NCBI GenBank assembly: GCA_964291395.2
Contig: OZ219858.1
Coordinates: forward strand, 192,001 to 256,000
Length of the DNA: 64,000 nucleotides
Reading direction: 5' to 3'
Source of the DNA: Alphaproteobacteria bacterium
GTDB lineage: Bacteria > Pseudomonadota > Alphaproteobacteria > UBA2966
The notes below the pieces were generated by a model. It did no database searches. It was not told the DNA's origin and saw only the letters and a program-made list of their open reading frames with translations. A program made the position numbers and the translations under genes. Below are positions 1 through 12,440 of this stretch, piece after piece. The number at the start of each line of letters is the position of its first letter. Position 1 is the stretch's first letter.

Positions 1-1101
1 GAGGTTCTCGGACCCGAAACCGCCGATCTGGAGTTTCATGCGGCCCCGCCCGCCTCCGTCCTGATGGTCGGACTGCAGGGCTCGGGCAAGACGACGACCA
101 CCGCCAAGATCGGAAACTGGCTTACCGAGCGGCAGAAGAAAAAGGTCCTGATGGCCTCTCTCGATACCCGGCGGCCCGCCGCTCAGGAACAACTCAAGCT
201 GCTGGGAGAACAGGCCGGCGTGGCGACACTGCCCATCGTTCCCGGCCAGATGCCCGAAGACATCGCCAAACGGGCGATGAACGCAGGCCGCCTGCAGGGA
301 TGCGACGTGATCCTGCTGGATACCGCCGGACGCTTGCATGTGGATGAAGCGCTGATGGCCGAAGTGGTGGGCATCCGTGACGCGACCGGCCCCGCGGAAG
401 TGCTGCTGGTCGCCGACTCGCTGACCGGTCAGGATGCGGTCAACATTGCCGAACAGTTCAAGGAACGGGTCGGGGTAACGGGTATCGTCCTTACCCGCGT
501 GGACGGTGACGCCCGTGGCGGAGCAGCGCTCAGCATGCGCGCGGCGACAGGTTGTCCCATCAAGCTCTTGGGCACCGGCGAAGCGATCGATGCCTTGGAA
601 GTCTTCCATCCCGATCGTATCGCGTCCCGCATTCTTGGCATGGGCGACGTGGTTGGCCTCGTCGAGCGGGCCGCCGAGACGGTCGAACAGGAGGATGCCG
701 CGCGACTCGAAGAGAAGATGCGCAAGGGCACTTTCGACCTTGACGACCTCGCCCAGCAGCTTCGCCAAATTCGCCGCATGGGCGGGATGGACGGAATCAT
801 GGGCATGCTGCCCAGCGTCGGAAAGGTGAAACAACAGATGGCCGATGCCCGGGTCGACGAAGGCCTGCTGAAGCGGCAGGAGGCGATCATCCAGTCCATG
901 ACGCCACGGGAACGCCGCAACGCAAAGCTCCTCAACGCCTCGCGGAAACGGCGTGTGGCAGAGGGCTCGGGCACCTCGGTCCAAGACGTGAACCGCCTCC
1001 TCAAGCAATTCAAACAGATGTCTTCCATGATGAAGAAAGTCAGCAAGTTGGGGAAACGGGGCCTGATGCGGCACGGACTCCCCGGCTTGCCCATGAGATG
1101 A
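1..1101 (+). CDS. ffh: Signal recognition particle protein Ffh (5' truncated by window edge)
   Basis: [11 protein letters not shown]-loop, DTAGR, DGDARGG, RILGMGD, Met-rich M domain with [11 protein letters not shown]; frame is open to the window start. Confidence 0.97.
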   Translation, partial: EVLGPETADLEFHAAPPASVLMVGLQGSGKTTTTAKIGNWLTERQKKKVLMASLDTRRPAAQEQLKLLGEQAGVATLPIVPGQMPEDIAKRAMNAGRLQGCDVILLDTAGRLHVDEALMAEVVGIRDATGPAEVLLVADSLTGQDAVNIAEQFKERVGVTGIVLTRVDGDARGGAALSMRAATGCPIKLLGTGEAIDALEVFHPDRIASRILGMGDVVGLVERAAETVEQEDAARLEEKMRKGTFDLDDLAQQLRQIRRMGGMDGIMGMLPSVGKVKQQMADARVDEGLLKRQEAIIQSMTPRERRNAKLLNASRKRRVAEGSGTSVQDVNRLLKQFKQMSSMMKKVSKLGKRGLMRHGLPGLPMR

Positions 1102-1160
1102 GGCGAAACGCCAACCGATCCGAACTCGACGGGAAACCCCAACCAGGAGTGAACACAAGA

Positions 1161-1770
1161 ATGGCACTGAAGATCCGATTGGCCCGGGCGGGCGCCAAGA
1201 AACGGCCCTTCTATCGAATCGTCGTCGCCGACTCGCGGAGCCCGCGGGACGGCCGTTTCATCGAAAAGCTGGGGACATATAACCCGCTGCTCAAGCGCGA
1301 CGATCCCAACCGCGTAACGCTGAACGAGGATCGTGTTCACCACTGGTTGGGTCACGGGGCGCGGCCGACCGACCGTGTCGCACGGTTCCTGGGCAACGCC
1401 GAGATCATTCCCATGCCGACCCAGAAGAACAATCCGACCAAGGGTCAGCCCGGAAAGAAAGCACGGGAACGCCTGAAGGCCGCCGAAGAGGCAGCGGCGG
1501 CTGCCGCGGCGGTACCGGCGGAAGAAGCCGAACCGGAGGAGAGCGGATCGGAGGCGTCGGCCGAAGAGGCTGCCGCAGAAGCGCCGGCCGAGGTGAAAGC
1601 GCCCGCGGAGGAGGCCGAGGAGCCGGCCGCAGGGGAAGCCACGGCCGACGAAGCTCCTACCGAGGAGTCGGCCGCAGGAGAAGCCACGGCCGACGAAGTC
1701 GGCCGCGGACGAGGAAGGCAGCGAAGAGCCGGAGGCCCAAGCAGAAGAAAAAGAGAGAGAGGAGGATTAG
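1161..1770 (+). CDS. rpsP: 30S ribosomal protein S16 with long acidic Ala/Glu tail; apparent frameshift near 1698 (as given, the frame runs to 2165)
   Basis: [42 protein letters not shown]; the acidic tail continues in another frame to TAG 1768-1770. Confidence 0.93.
1625..1700 (+). repeat. 45-bp tandem repeat in the rpsP tail; second copy is 14 nt short
   Basis: ggccgcaggggaagccacggccgacgaagctcctaccgaggagtc (1625-1669) followed by ggccgcaggagaagccacggccgacgaagtc (1670-1700). Confidence 0.9.
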
Positions 1771-1797
1771 TCTCCCGGCCAGTTCCCGGAGACCGCC

Positions 1798-2322
1798 GTG
1801 GGCGCGCCGCACCGACCGTGTCTGGGCGTTATCACAGGCGCCAGGGGGATCCGCGGCGAGGTGCGCATCCGTACCTTCACCGAGCGGGCAGAGGACATCG
1901 CCGCATATGGGCCGCTGACCGACGAGACCGGCGCGCGGTCGTTCACCCTCGTGGACCTCAGGCCGGTCAAGGGCGGCGTCGCGGCCCGGGTCGAGGGTAT
2001 CCAGGACCGAACGGCTGCCGAGGCGCTGAAAGGAACGCAGTTGTACGTCGCCCGGGATGCGCTGCCCGACTCGGAGGACGACGAGTTCTATCACACGGAT
2101 CTGCTGGGAATGCGGGTGGTGACGGTGAATGGCGAGGAATTCGGACGCGTCTTGGCGCTGCATGATTTCGGTGCCGGCGACGTGCTGGAAATCGAGCGCA
2201 CGGATGGGCCGCCGCTCGTCGTGCCGTTCACCCGCGACACCGTTCCGGAGATCGATACGGACAAGAGCCATCTCGTCCTGATTCCTCCGCCGGGACTGCT
2301 GAACGACGATGAGGTGAATTGA
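1798..2322 (+). CDS. rimM: Ribosome maturation factor RimM
   Basis: [39 protein letters not shown]; position in the trmD operon. Confidence 0.95.
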   Translation: MGAPHRPCLGVITGARGIRGEVRIRTFTERAEDIAAYGPLTDETGARSFTLVDLRPVKGGVAARVEGIQDRTAAEALKGTQLYVARDALPDSEDDEFYHTDLLGMRVVTVNGEEFGRVLALHDFGAGDVLEIERTDGPPLVVPFTRDTVPEIDTDKSHLVLIPPPGLLNDDEVN

Positions 2323-2393
2323 GGGGGTTCGTACCGGGGATGGCCGAGGTCGAGCAAACATCGCCGAAACGGTCCGGGGCCACGACACGCGGC

Positions 2394-3113
2394 ATGGCTG
2401 CGCCATGGACGGCATGGGTGTTGACGCTGTTCCCTGCGATATTTCCCGGTCCGCTTGGCGAGTCCCTGGCGGGGGCAGCGCTGAAAAAGGGGATTTGGCG
2501 TCTCGAAACAGTGGACATTCGGCAGTTTGCGAGCGATAAACGCCGCTCGGTCGACGACACCCCGTTCGGCGGCGGTCCGGGAATGGTTCTCCGGGCCGAC
2601 ATCCTTGCCAGATCGGTCGACGAAGCTGCCGCGGCCGCGGGGCCCGAGGTGCCGATATTTTACCTTAGTCCACGTGGCCGTCCCTTCGATCAACCGCTGG
2701 CGAGGTCTTTGGCGGAAGGCGCGGGCGTAGTGTTGCTGTGTGGCCGATTTGAAGGGATTGACGAGAGGCTGCTTGAAGCCCGGCCGATCGAGGAAGTAAG
2801 TCTCGGCGATTTCGTGCTGTCCGGCGGTGAACCCGCGGCGATGGCGATCGTTGATGCGGTTGTTCGCCTGCTGCCCGGTGTGACGGGGGACCCACGCTCG
2901 GTGACGGACGACAGTTTTGAGAGAGGATTGTTGGAGTACCCGCAATATACGCGGCCACAGGAATGGGAAGGCCGTACCGTCCCGGAAGTTCTGCTGTCGG
3001 GTCACCACGAGCGGATTTCCCAGTGGCGCCGCGAACAGGCGGAACGGACGACCAGGACACGCCGACCGGATCTGTGGAAACGGTACGCGGGAGCGCGGGA
3101 CAAAGCGAGGTGA
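2394..3113 (+). CDS. trmD: tRNA (guanine37-N1)-methyltransferase (start uncertain: 2340 or 2394)
   Basis: [44 protein letters not shown]. Confidence 0.96.
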   Translation: MAAPWTAWVLTLFPAIFPGPLGESLAGAALKKGIWRLETVDIRQFASDKRRSVDDTPFGGGPGMVLRADILARSVDEAAAAAGPEVPIFYLSPRGRPFDQPLARSLAEGAGVVLLCGRFEGIDERLLEARPIEEVSLGDFVLSGGEPAAMAIVDAVVRLLPGVTGDPRSVTDDSFERGLLEYPQYTRPQEWEGRTVPEVLLSGHHERISQWRREQAERTTRTRRPDLWKRYAGARDKAR

Positions 3114-3118
3114 CGACA

Positions 3119-3562
3119 ATGGATATTCTGCAGAAGTTTGAAGAGACCCAGACCGGGAAGATCCAGGCCGAACGTCCCGTTCCCGAATTCGGACCCGGCG
3201 ACACGGTCCGTGTGATGGTCAAGGTAGTCGAGGGCTCGCGTGAGAGATTGCAGGCGTTCGAGGGTGTATGCATCGCGCGCCGAAACCGCGGCCTCAATTC
3301 GTCCTTCACGGTGCGGAAAATCTCCTACGGCGAGGGCGTGGAACGTATCTTCCAGCTTTATTCGCCGCAGATCGCCGATATTCAGATCGTGCGGCGCGGC
3401 GACGTACGCCGCGCCAAGCTCTATTACCTTCGTGGATTGCGCGGCAAGAAGGCGCGCATCGCCGAACGGCGTGATGACCGGCGCCCCATGCGGGACGCGG
3501 AAGCGGCGGCCTCGAAGGCCGATCCGGCCCCGGAGAGCGGGGCCTCCAACGGCGAGGAATGA
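3119..3562 (+). CDS. rplS: 50S ribosomal protein L19
   Basis: [43 protein letters not shown]. Confidence 0.97.
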   Translation: MDILQKFEETQTGKIQAERPVPEFGPGDTVRVMVKVVEGSRERLQAFEGVCIARRNRGLNSSFTVRKISYGEGVERIFQLYSPQIADIQIVRRGDVRRAKLYYLRGLRGKKARIAERRDDRRPMRDAEAAASKADPAPESGASNGEE

Positions 3563-3606
3563 CGGCGTTCCCATCCTCAATGGGTGATCGCCCGGTGGAG
3601 CGACAG

Positions 3607-5013
<1,407 letters not shown>

Positions 5014-5023
5014 AGGATTCATC

Positions 5024-5647
5024 ATGGAAGAATTCACGACGCTGAGCGGTATCGCGGCGCCTCTCCCGATGGTCAACATCGACACCGACGCCATCATCCC
5101 CAAGCAGTTTCTCAAAACCATCAAGCGAACCGGCCTGGGAGTCCACCTGTTCAATGACCTGCGCTTTGACGAGACCGGCAGCGAACGTCCGGAATTCGTG
5201 CTCAACAAGGCGCCGTACCGCAAGGCGAAGATCCTGATCGCGTTCGACAATTTCGGCTGTGGTTCAAGCCGCGAGCATGCGCCATGGGCCCTCGCGGACT
5301 TCGGAATCCGCTGCGTCATCGCGCCGAGTTTCGCCGATATTTTCTACAACAACTGCTTCAAGAACGGCCTGCTTCCCATCACACTGCCGAAGGACGCCGT
5401 TGTCGGGCTGGCAGAAGTCGCCGCGCGCGGCGCCAACGCAACCTTTTCGGTCGATCTGGAAGCGCAGGAGATCTCGGATCCGGACGGCAACACCATCTCG
5501 TTCGAGATCGATCCGTTCCGCAAGCATTGTCTGTTGAACGGGCTCGACGACATCGGCCTGACGATGCGGAAAGCCAGGTCGATCGACGATTTCGAAGAGT
5601 CCCAACGCGCCAGCCAGCCCTGGCTCTACGCCGCGGCGGGCGGCTAG
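5024..5647 (+). CDS. leuD: 3-isopropylmalate dehydratase small subunit
   Basis: [28 protein letters not shown]. Confidence 0.97.
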   Translation: MEEFTTLSGIAAPLPMVNIDTDAIIPKQFLKTIKRTGLGVHLFNDLRFDETGSERPEFVLNKAPYRKAKILIAFDNFGCGSSREHAPWALADFGIRCVIAPSFADIFYNNCFKNGLLPITLPKDAVVGLAEVAARGANATFSVDLEAQEISDPDGNTISFEIDPFRKHCLLNGLDDIGLTMRKARSIDDFEESQRASQPWLYAAAGG

Positions 5648-5676
5648 CCGATGCCCGGCAGGGCGGCGGAACACCA

Positions 5677-6789
5677 ATGGCATCGAACAAGAAAATCCTG
5701 TTTCTGCCGGGAGATGGAATCGGCCCCGAAGTCATGGCGGAAGTGCGGCGGATCCTGGAGTGGCTGGAGACCAGCCGTGCCTTGGGATTCGATATCACGG
5801 AAGACCTGGTGGGCGGCGCATCTTACGATGCGCACGGCACGCCCCTGACAGACGACACGATGAATGCGGCCATGAACGCCGACGCCGTGCTGTTCGGTTC
5901 GGTGGGCGGGCCGAAGTGGGATGATCTGGATTTCTCCTTGAAGCCGGAGCGTGGCCTCTTGCGACTGCGCAAGGAAATGGACCTGTTCGCCAATCTGCGG
6001 CCGGCTATCGTCTTCGACGCCCTCGCGGAGGCCTCGACCCTCAAGCCGGAGATCGTCTCAGGTCTGGACATCATGATCGTCCGGGAGCTGACCGGGGGCA
6101 TTTACTTCGGTGAACCGCGGGGTATCGAGACCCTGGAGGACGGCACCCGGCGAGGCATCAACACCCAGGTATATACGACGTCCGAGATCGAGCGCGTGGC
6201 GCGTGTCGGCTTCGAACTCGCCCGCAAACGGCAGGGACGTGTTTGCTCCGCCGAAAAGGCCAACGTGATGGAGTCCGGCATTCTCTGGCGCGAGGACGTG
6301 CAACGCATCCGCGACGAGGAATACCCGGACATCGAACTCACGCACATGTACGCCGACAACGCGGCGATGCAGCTGGTTCGCGACCCCAAGCAGTTCGATG
6401 TCATCGTCACGGACAATCTCTTCGGGGACATCCTCTCGGACGAGGCGGCCATGCTCACGGGGTCACTCGGCATGTTGCCGAGCGCATCCCTGGGCGCTCC
6501 CGACGGTACGGGGCAACGGCGCGCGCTCTATGAACCGGTCCATGGCAGCGCGCCTGACATCGCGGGCCGGGGAATGGCGAACCCATTGGCCTGCATCCTC
6601 AGCCTTGGAATGATGCTGCGTTACTCGTTCGATCTGGGAAGTGAAGCCGACCTTATCGAAACCGCGGTGTCGAATGTCCTGTCGGAAGGTCTCCGGACGG
6701 CTGACATCATGCAACCGGGGAAAGCTGGGGTGACGACCAGCGTCATGGGCGACGCGCTGCTTCGGGAGTTGGACGAGATCGGAGCCTGA
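5677..6789 (+). CDS. leuB: 3-isopropylmalate dehydrogenase
   Basis: [43 protein letters not shown]; true start is well inside the track ORF. Confidence 0.97.
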   Translation: MASNKKILFLPGDGIGPEVMAEVRRILEWLETSRALGFDITEDLVGGASYDAHGTPLTDDTMNAAMNADAVLFGSVGGPKWDDLDFSLKPERGLLRLRKEMDLFANLRPAIVFDALAEASTLKPEIVSGLDIMIVRELTGGIYFGEPRGIETLEDGTRRGINTQVYTTSEIERVARVGFELARKRQGRVCSAEKANVMESGILWREDVQRIRDEEYPDIELTHMYADNAAMQLVRDPKQFDVIVTDNLFGDILSDEAAMLTGSLGMLPSASLGAPDGTGQRRALYEPVHGSAPDIAGRGMANPLACILSLGMMLRYSFDLGSEADLIETAVSNVLSEGLRTADIMQPGKAGVTTSVMGDALLRELDEIGA

Positions 6790-6840
6790 CATCGGAACTT
6801 GTTCGTCGCGGCACCGCAGTGACGGCACGGGAATTGGGAT

Positions 6841-7890
6841 ATGGGATACAGAGTCGCTGTCGTGGGTGCGACCGGGAACGTCGGTCGCGAAATGCTTCAA
6901 ATTCTCTTCGAGCGGGAGTTTCCGATAGACGAGGTGGCGGCGGTCGCTTCTGAACGCTCGGCGGGTCGCGAGGTTTCCTTCGGGGACGATGACGTGCTCA
7001 AGGTTCAAAACCTCGAACGCTTCGACTTCGCCGGCTTCGACTTCGCCCTGTTTTCGCCGGGTGCACGGGTTTCAGCGGTCCACGCACCGCGCGCCGCCAA
7101 GGCCGGCTGCGTCGTCATCGACAACACCTCGCAGTTCCGGATGGACCCGGACGTCCCGCTCGTCGTCCCGGAGGTGAATGCCGAGGCCGTCGCGGACTAC
7201 GACAAGAGAAACATCATCGCCAACCCCAACTGTTCGACGATCCAACTGGTCGTCGCGCTCAAACCCCTGCATGACGAGGCGACCATCAAACGGGTGGTGG
7301 TGGCGACCTATCAGTCGGTCTCGGGGGCCGGCAACGCGGCGATGGACGAGCTGTTCGAGCAAACCAAGGCGATTTACGTCAACGATCCGCTCGAGCCGAA
7401 GGAATTCACGAAGCAAATCGCCTTCAACGTCATCCCCCACATTCAGGACTTCATGGACGACGGATCCACGAAGGAAGAATGGAAGATGGTCGCCGAGACC
7501 AAAAAAATCCTCGATCCGAATATCAAGGTATCGGTGACCTGCGTCCGGGTGCCTGTTTTCGTCGGCCACTCCGAGGCCGTGAACATCGAATTCGAGGATC
7601 CGATCACGGCGCAGCGGGCTCGCGAGATCCTGCGTGAGTCGCCGGGCCTCATGGTCGTTGACCGACGGGAGGACGGTGGTTACGTCACGCCCGTGGAGGC
7701 GACCGGCGAATACGCCACCTACGTGAGCCGCATACGCGAGGACTCGACGCTTGAGAACGGCCTCAACATCTGGGTGGTTGCCGATAACTTGCGGAAGGGC
7801 GCGGCGCTCAATTCGGTCCAGATCGCGGAAGTTCTGATCAACCGACACTTGTCGGAAACGGCGCCAAGGGCGGCGGCCGGTTCCGCCTGA
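6841..7890 (+). CDS. asd: Aspartate-semialdehyde dehydrogenase
   Basis: VVGATGNVG, IANPNCST, TYQSVSGAG, DNLRKGAA. Confidence 0.97.
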   Translation: MGYRVAVVGATGNVGREMLQILFEREFPIDEVAAVASERSAGREVSFGDDDVLKVQNLERFDFAGFDFALFSPGARVSAVHAPRAAKAGCVVIDNTSQFRMDPDVPLVVPEVNAEAVADYDKRNIIANPNCSTIQLVVALKPLHDEATIKRVVVATYQSVSGAGNAAMDELFEQTKAIYVNDPLEPKEFTKQIAFNVIPHIQDFMDDGSTKEEWKMVAETKKILDPNIKVSVTCVRVPVFVGHSEAVNIEFEDPITAQRAREILRESPGLMVVDRREDGGYVTPVEATGEYATYVSRIREDSTLENGLNIWVVADNLRKGAALNSVQIAEVLINRHLSETAPRAAAGSA

Positions 7891-7909
7891 CCGCACGGGC
7901 CTCGCCCCG

Positions 7910-8761
7910 CTAATCGATCCGTTTCACGTCGAAATATCGAGAGGGAGCGACGATCTCGTCCTGAGCCTTCAGGATTTCGAGCTCCCGAGCATCCGTATCG
8001 GCGGTGGTGCGAAGAACGCCATAGGTGGCTGCCACGGAAACTTTCAGCGCGTTCTCGACATCCCGGGACCCCAGGTAATTGCCGAGGAACAGAGCGGCGA
8101 ACAGATCGCCCGCGCCGTACAGGCCTCCGGTCAGGCGGGGCGTCGCGACGAGCCAACTCCCCTCCGGCGCAACGGCGAGAGTCGCGATTTGAGACCCGGG
8201 AACTTCTTCAACGCCCACCGACGTCACGATCACGACTTCAGTACCTCGAAGGCGCAACCGGGCGCACGCCTCGGTCACGGCAACCAGCGAGGACAGGGAC
8301 TCGCCCGTCAGATACTCGAGCTCGAACTGGTTGGGCACGATGACGTCTGCGGCCGGAACGATCCGTTCCCGGAACAGATCCCGAAGATCCTCGGGGACGA
8401 AGAACCCGTCCCGCTCGCGGCCCATGACCGGATCGCAAACGTACAGAGCATTCGGGCTTCGGGATTTGACCAGGCGGACCGCTTCAATTGCGGCCCGTCC
8501 CACCGAAACGTCACCGACGTAGCCGGTGATTATGGCGTCGCAGCACTTCGCCATACCGAGATCATCCAGTCCGGCGACCAACTGGGCGACCAATGCCGCT
8601 TCCGTCACGCGACCGCGAAACCTGCCGTGACCGGGATGATTTGAATACGCCACGGTGCTGATGGCCCATACCTCGTGACCCATCCGCTGAAGGGGAAATA
8701 CGGCAACCGAGTTTCCCACGTGTCCGTAGACCACATGGGACTGCAGAGAGAGAACGTTCAT
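7910..8761 (-). CDS. pdxY: Pyridoxal kinase
   Basis: LSLQSHVVYGHVGNS, CDPVMG, PNQFELE, GAGDLF. Confidence 0.92.
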   Translation of the reverse strand: MNVLSLQSHVVYGHVGNSVAVFPLQRMGHEVWAISTVAYSNHPGHGRFRGRVTEAALVAQLVAGLDDLGMAKCCDAIITGYVGDVSVGRAAIEAVRLVKSRSPNALYVCDPVMGRERDGFFVPEDLRDLFRERIVPAADVIVPNQFELEYLTGESLSSLVAVTEACARLRLRGTEVVIVTSVGVEEVPGSQIATLAVAPEGSWLVATPRLTGGLYGAGDLFAALFLGNYLGSRDVENALKVSVAATYGVLRTTADTDARELEILKAQDEIVAPSRYFDVKRID

Positions 8762-8838
8762 CCAAATTCCGTCTTTTCAGTTGCGGACCGTCAAGAAGTC
8801 TTCAGGGGATGAATGACGGACAAGCCATGGCACTCGCG

Positions 8839-8867
8839 TTGACTCGCATCGGACCTGGGTCTTAAAT
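8839..8867 (+). promoter_or_regulatory. Candidate sigma70 promoter of sdhCDAB
   Basis: TTGACT-N17-TTAAAT upstream of sdhC. Confidence 0.4.
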
Positions 8868-8920
8868 CTGCCCACCAAGAAGGCGATGGTACCCCCCCGA
8901 GCAGGCGGAGACATACGATT

Positions 8921-9316
8921 ATGGCCCAGGTTGAAAGGCCGATTTCCCCGCATTTGCAAGTCTACAAGCCACAGCTCACGTCAGTTCTTTCCATTCTGCA
9001 TCGCATCACGGGCGTGGGACTGGGAGCCGGCACCCTGTTGCTCGCCTGGTGGCTCGTTGCGGCCGCCTATGGACCCGACCAATTCGAGACGGCTCGAGCC
9101 TTCATCGCGTCGTGGTTCGGTCGTCTCCTGTTGTTCGGCTTCACGTTTTCCCTGTTCTACCACCTCTGCAACGGCATCCGGCACCTGTTCTGGGATGCGG
9201 GCTGGGGGTTCGAGCTCAAGACCGTATACACCTCCGGCTGGCTGGTGGTCATCGCGTCCCTGGGACTCACGGCGGTCAGTTGGATCGCCGGTTACGCGAG
9301 CGGAGGCGCTCTATGA
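8921..9316 (+). CDS. sdhC: Succinate dehydrogenase cytochrome b556 subunit
   Basis: RPISPHLQVY, SILHRITG, HLCNGIRHLFWD. Confidence 0.96.
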   Translation: MAQVERPISPHLQVYKPQLTSVLSILHRITGVGLGAGTLLLAWWLVAAAYGPDQFETARAFIASWFGRLLLFGFTFSLFYHLCNGIRHLFWDAGWGFELKTVYTSGWLVVIASLGLTAVSWIAGYASGGAL

Positions 9317-9693
9317 GCCATCGAACGCCGGCCGGCCGGGTACACGGCCTGGGAAGCGCTCAACACGGCGTCGATCACTGGTGGGCCCAGCGCTTGACGG
9401 CCCTCGCCCTCATTCCGTTGATCATCTGGTTCTGCATTTCGATCATCGGCCTGATCGGGGCGGATCACGCCACATTCGCCTCCTGGCTGTCGACGCCGGG
9501 ACGGGCTGTCGCCATGCTGTTGCTCGTCGTCGCGACCTTCTATCACATGAAGCTGGGACTGCAGGTGGTGATCGAAGATTACGTCCACGAGCGCGGCTGG
9601 AACGTCACGCTGCTCGTACTCAACAATTTTGCCTGCGTGTCGCTCGGTACGGCCTGTGCGTTCGCCGTTATCAAAGTGGCGGTCATGGGGTAA
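9313..9693 (+). CDS. sdhD: Succinate dehydrogenase membrane anchor subunit
   Basis: [29 protein letters not shown]; ATGA overlap with sdhC. Confidence 0.95.
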   Translation: MSHRTPAGRVHGLGSAQHGVDHWWAQRLTALALIPLIIWFCISIIGLIGADHATFASWLSTPGRAVAMLLLVVATFYHMKLGLQVVIEDYVHERGWNVTLLVLNNFACVSLGTACAFAVIKVAVMG

Positions 9694-9697
9694 GGGC

Positions 9698-11488
9698 ATG
9701 ACCGAGGCCTACCATATCCAGAACCACCACTACGACGCCGTGATCGTCGGCGCCGGAGGAGCGGGCCTGCGCTCGACGCTCGGCATGGCGCATGCGGGCT
9801 TGAAAACGGCCTGCATCACCAAGGTATTCCCCACCCGCAGCCACACCGTCGCCGCGCAGGGCGGCATGTCGGCCGCCCTCGGCAACATGGGGGACGACGA
9901 CTGGCACTGGCACATGTTCGACACCGTCAAGGGATCGGACTGGCTCGGCGATCAGGATGCGATCGAGTACATGTGCCGCGAAGGGCCTGCGGCGGTCATC
10001 GAGCTGGAGCATTTTGGCGTGCCCTTCTCGCGCACGCCGGAGGGAAAGATCTATCAACGGGCCTTCGGCGGCATGACGACCCACTACGGAGAGGGCATCG
10101 CGCAACGCACGTGCGCGGCGGCCGACCGGACCGGCCACGCCATCCTGCATACGCTGTATCAGCAATCCCTACGGCACAACGCGGAGTTTTTCGTCGAATA
10201 TTTCGTGATCGACCTGGTCATGGATGATGAAGGCGCGTGCCGAGGCGTCCTGTGCTGGAACCTGGACGACGGCTCCCTCCACGCTTTCCGCGCCCATGTC
10301 GTCGTGCTGGCGACGGGCGGCTACGGCCGCACCTATTTCTCCTGTACGTCGGCGCACACCTGCACCGGGGATGGCAACGCCATGGTATTGCGTGCCGGGC
10401 TGCCGTTGCAGGACATGGAGTTCGTTCAGTTCCATCCGACCGGCATTTACGGCGCCGGCTGTCTGATAACGGAAGGAGCCCGCGGCGAGGGCGCCTACCT
10501 CGTGAATTCAGAGAACGAGCGTTTCATGGAGCGCTACGCACCGTCCGCGAAGGACCTGGCATCCCGCGATGTGGTCAGCCGCGCCATGACGATCGAGGTT
10601 CGCGAGGGCCGCGGTGTGGGCAATGACCGGGATCACATCTTCCTTCATCTCGACCATCTCGATCCGGACATCCTGGAAGAGCGTTTGCCCGGCATCTCCG
10701 AGAGCGCCCGTATATTTGCCGGCGTCGACGTCACCAAGGAACCGATCCCCGTCCTACCCACGGTCCACTACAACATGGGCGGCATTCCGACCAACTTCCA
10801 CGGCGAGGTCGTGACTTTGAAGGACGATGATCCCGATACCGTCGTTCCCGGATTGATGGCGATCGGAGAAGCGGCCTGCGTGTCGGTCCACGGGGCCAAC
10901 CGGCTGGGTTCCAATTCGCTGCTCGATATCGTCGTGTTCGGCCGCGCCGCCGCGCTCAAGGCGGCGGAAAACATCGATCCCGGATCGCCGCACAAGACAT
11001 TGATCAACGGCGCGTCCGATCATGCGCTCGAACGGCTGGACAGGTACCGGCACGCGAAGGGTGGCACGTCCACGGCGGAAATCCGGCTGAACATGCAGCG
11101 TGTGATGCAGAGCAATTGTGCCGTGTTCCGCACCGGCGAGATCCTCGAAGAAGGCAAGAAGCTCATCGCCGACGTCGTGAGTTCCATGGCCGATATCGGT
11201 TTGAGCGACCGCTCCATGGTCTGGAACTCGGACCTGGTCGAGACGTTGGAGCTGGAGAACCTGATGCAGCAGGCCGTGGTCACGCTTCACTCTGCGGCGA
11301 ACCGCCAAGAAAGCCGGGGAGCCCATGCGCGGGAGGACCATCCCGACCGCAACGACGACGAATGGATGAAACATACCTTGAGTTGGCTGAACGACTCGTA
11401 CGGCGTGACGCTCGACTACCGGCCCGTGCACACCCACACTCTGAGCAACGACGTGCAGTACTTCCCGCCTCAAGCCCGGGTCTACTGA
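9698..11488 (+). CDS. sdhA: Succinate dehydrogenase flavoprotein subunit
   Basis: [39 protein letters not shown]. Confidence 0.98.
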   Translation: MTEAYHIQNHHYDAVIVGAGGAGLRSTLGMAHAGLKTACITKVFPTRSHTVAAQGGMSAALGNMGDDDWHWHMFDTVKGSDWLGDQDAIEYMCREGPAAVIELEHFGVPFSRTPEGKIYQRAFGGMTTHYGEGIAQRTCAAADRTGHAILHTLYQQSLRHNAEFFVEYFVIDLVMDDEGACRGVLCWNLDDGSLHAFRAHVVVLATGGYGRTYFSCTSAHTCTGDGNAMVLRAGLPLQDMEFVQFHPTGIYGAGCLITEGARGEGAYLVNSENERFMERYAPSAKDLASRDVVSRAMTIEVREGRGVGNDRDHIFLHLDHLDPDILEERLPGISESARIFAGVDVTKEPIPVLPTVHYNMGGIPTNFHGEVVTLKDDDPDTVVPGLMAIGEAACVSVHGANRLGSNSLLDIVVFGRAAALKAAENIDPGSPHKTLINGASDHALERLDRYRHAKGGTSTAEIRLNMQRVMQSNCAVFRTGEILEEGKKLIADVVSSMADIGLSDRSMVWNSDLVETLELENLMQQAVVTLHSAANRQESRGAHAREDHPDRNDDEWMKHTLSWLNDSYGVTLDYRPVHTHTLSNDVQYFPPQARVY

Positions 11489-11538
11489 GCGGCCGTCAAA
11501 CGAAAGCACAAGACGGGTAACGGCAATTAGAGAGCGTC

Positions 11539-12318
11539 ATGGTTGAATTAACTCTGCCCGCCAATTCCAAGATCGGCACCGGTAAGACGGTAAATTCCGC
11601 CAACGGCGCATCCCGGTCCAAAACCTTCAAGATCTATCGCTGGAATCCGGACGACGGCAACAGTCCGATGGTCGACACGTTTGTCATCGACCTCGAACGC
11701 TGCGGCCCGATGATCCTCGATGCCCTCATCATGATCAAGAACGAGATCGACTCGACGTTGACCTTCCGTCGCTCGTGCCGGGAAGGGGTCTGCGGTAGCT
11801 GCGCCATGAACATCGACGGCGCCAACACGCTTGCTTGCACCAAGGCAACCGCGGACGTGAAAGGGGACGTCCGTGTCTACCCATTGCCGCACCTGCCCGT
11901 CGTCAAGGACCTGGTGGGCGACATGTCCATGTTCTATGCCCAGTACGCGTCCGTCACGCCATGGCTCCAGGCCGATAGCCCGCCGCCGGAGGGCGGAGAA
12001 CGCCTTCAGTCCAGAGAAGATCGCGCCAGATTGGACGGGTTGTGGGAGTGTATACTTTGCGCCTGCTGCTCGACGAGTTGCCCGAGCTACTGGTGGAATG
12101 GCGAACGCTATCTCGGTCCCGCCGCACTTCTGCAGGCATACAGATGGATCGCCGACTCGCGCGACGAGGCTGCCGGCGAACGTCTCGACGCCCTGGAGGA
12201 CCCCTTCCGGCTCTACCGCTGCCACACCATCATGAACTGCACAAAGACGTGTCCCAAGAGCCTCAATCCAGCCAAGGCCATCGCCGAAATCAAAAAGAAG
12301 ATGCTGGAGCGCCGCTAG
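11539..12318 (+). CDS. sdhB: Succinate dehydrogenase iron-sulfur subunit
   Basis: [34 protein letters not shown]. Confidence 0.98.
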   Translation: MVELTLPANSKIGTGKTVNSANGASRSKTFKIYRWNPDDGNSPMVDTFVIDLERCGPMILDALIMIKNEIDSTLTFRRSCREGVCGSCAMNIDGANTLACTKATADVKGDVRVYPLPHLPVVKDLVGDMSMFYAQYASVTPWLQADSPPPEGGERLQSREDRARLDGLWECILCACCSTSCPSYWWNGERYLGPAALLQAYRWIADSRDEAAGERLDALEDPFRLYRCHTIMNCTKTCPKSLNPAKAIAEIKKKMLERR

Positions 12319-12346
12319 GGCGGCTCCAATTTGACCGGAGCCGCCC
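12318..12346 (+). terminator. Perfect 10-bp stem-loop after sdhB (terminator or mRNA-stabilising hairpin)
   Basis: GGGCGGCTCC-aatttgacc-GGAGCCGCCC; U-tract is weak. Confidence 0.55.
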
Positions 12347-12440
12347 CGGCATTTCCTACCGCTCGCAGCAGTGGGCCGGCGGGCCTCGGTGTGGCCTCCG
12401 TTGGGGGGAATCAGTGCCGGACTCCTCTCCATAACTGACC

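Noticed and set aside
1098-2165. 355-aa S16 fusion as listed in the ORF track
   Set aside because: The C-terminal part is an out-of-frame read-through over rimM caused by the 14-nt repeat loss, not a real domain.
5284-5676. N-terminal extension of LeuB in the ORF track (also the extended starts of rplS, sdhD, rnpA and the lipid kinase)
   Set aside because: The extensions overlap upstream genes out of frame; family homology begins at the downstream start.
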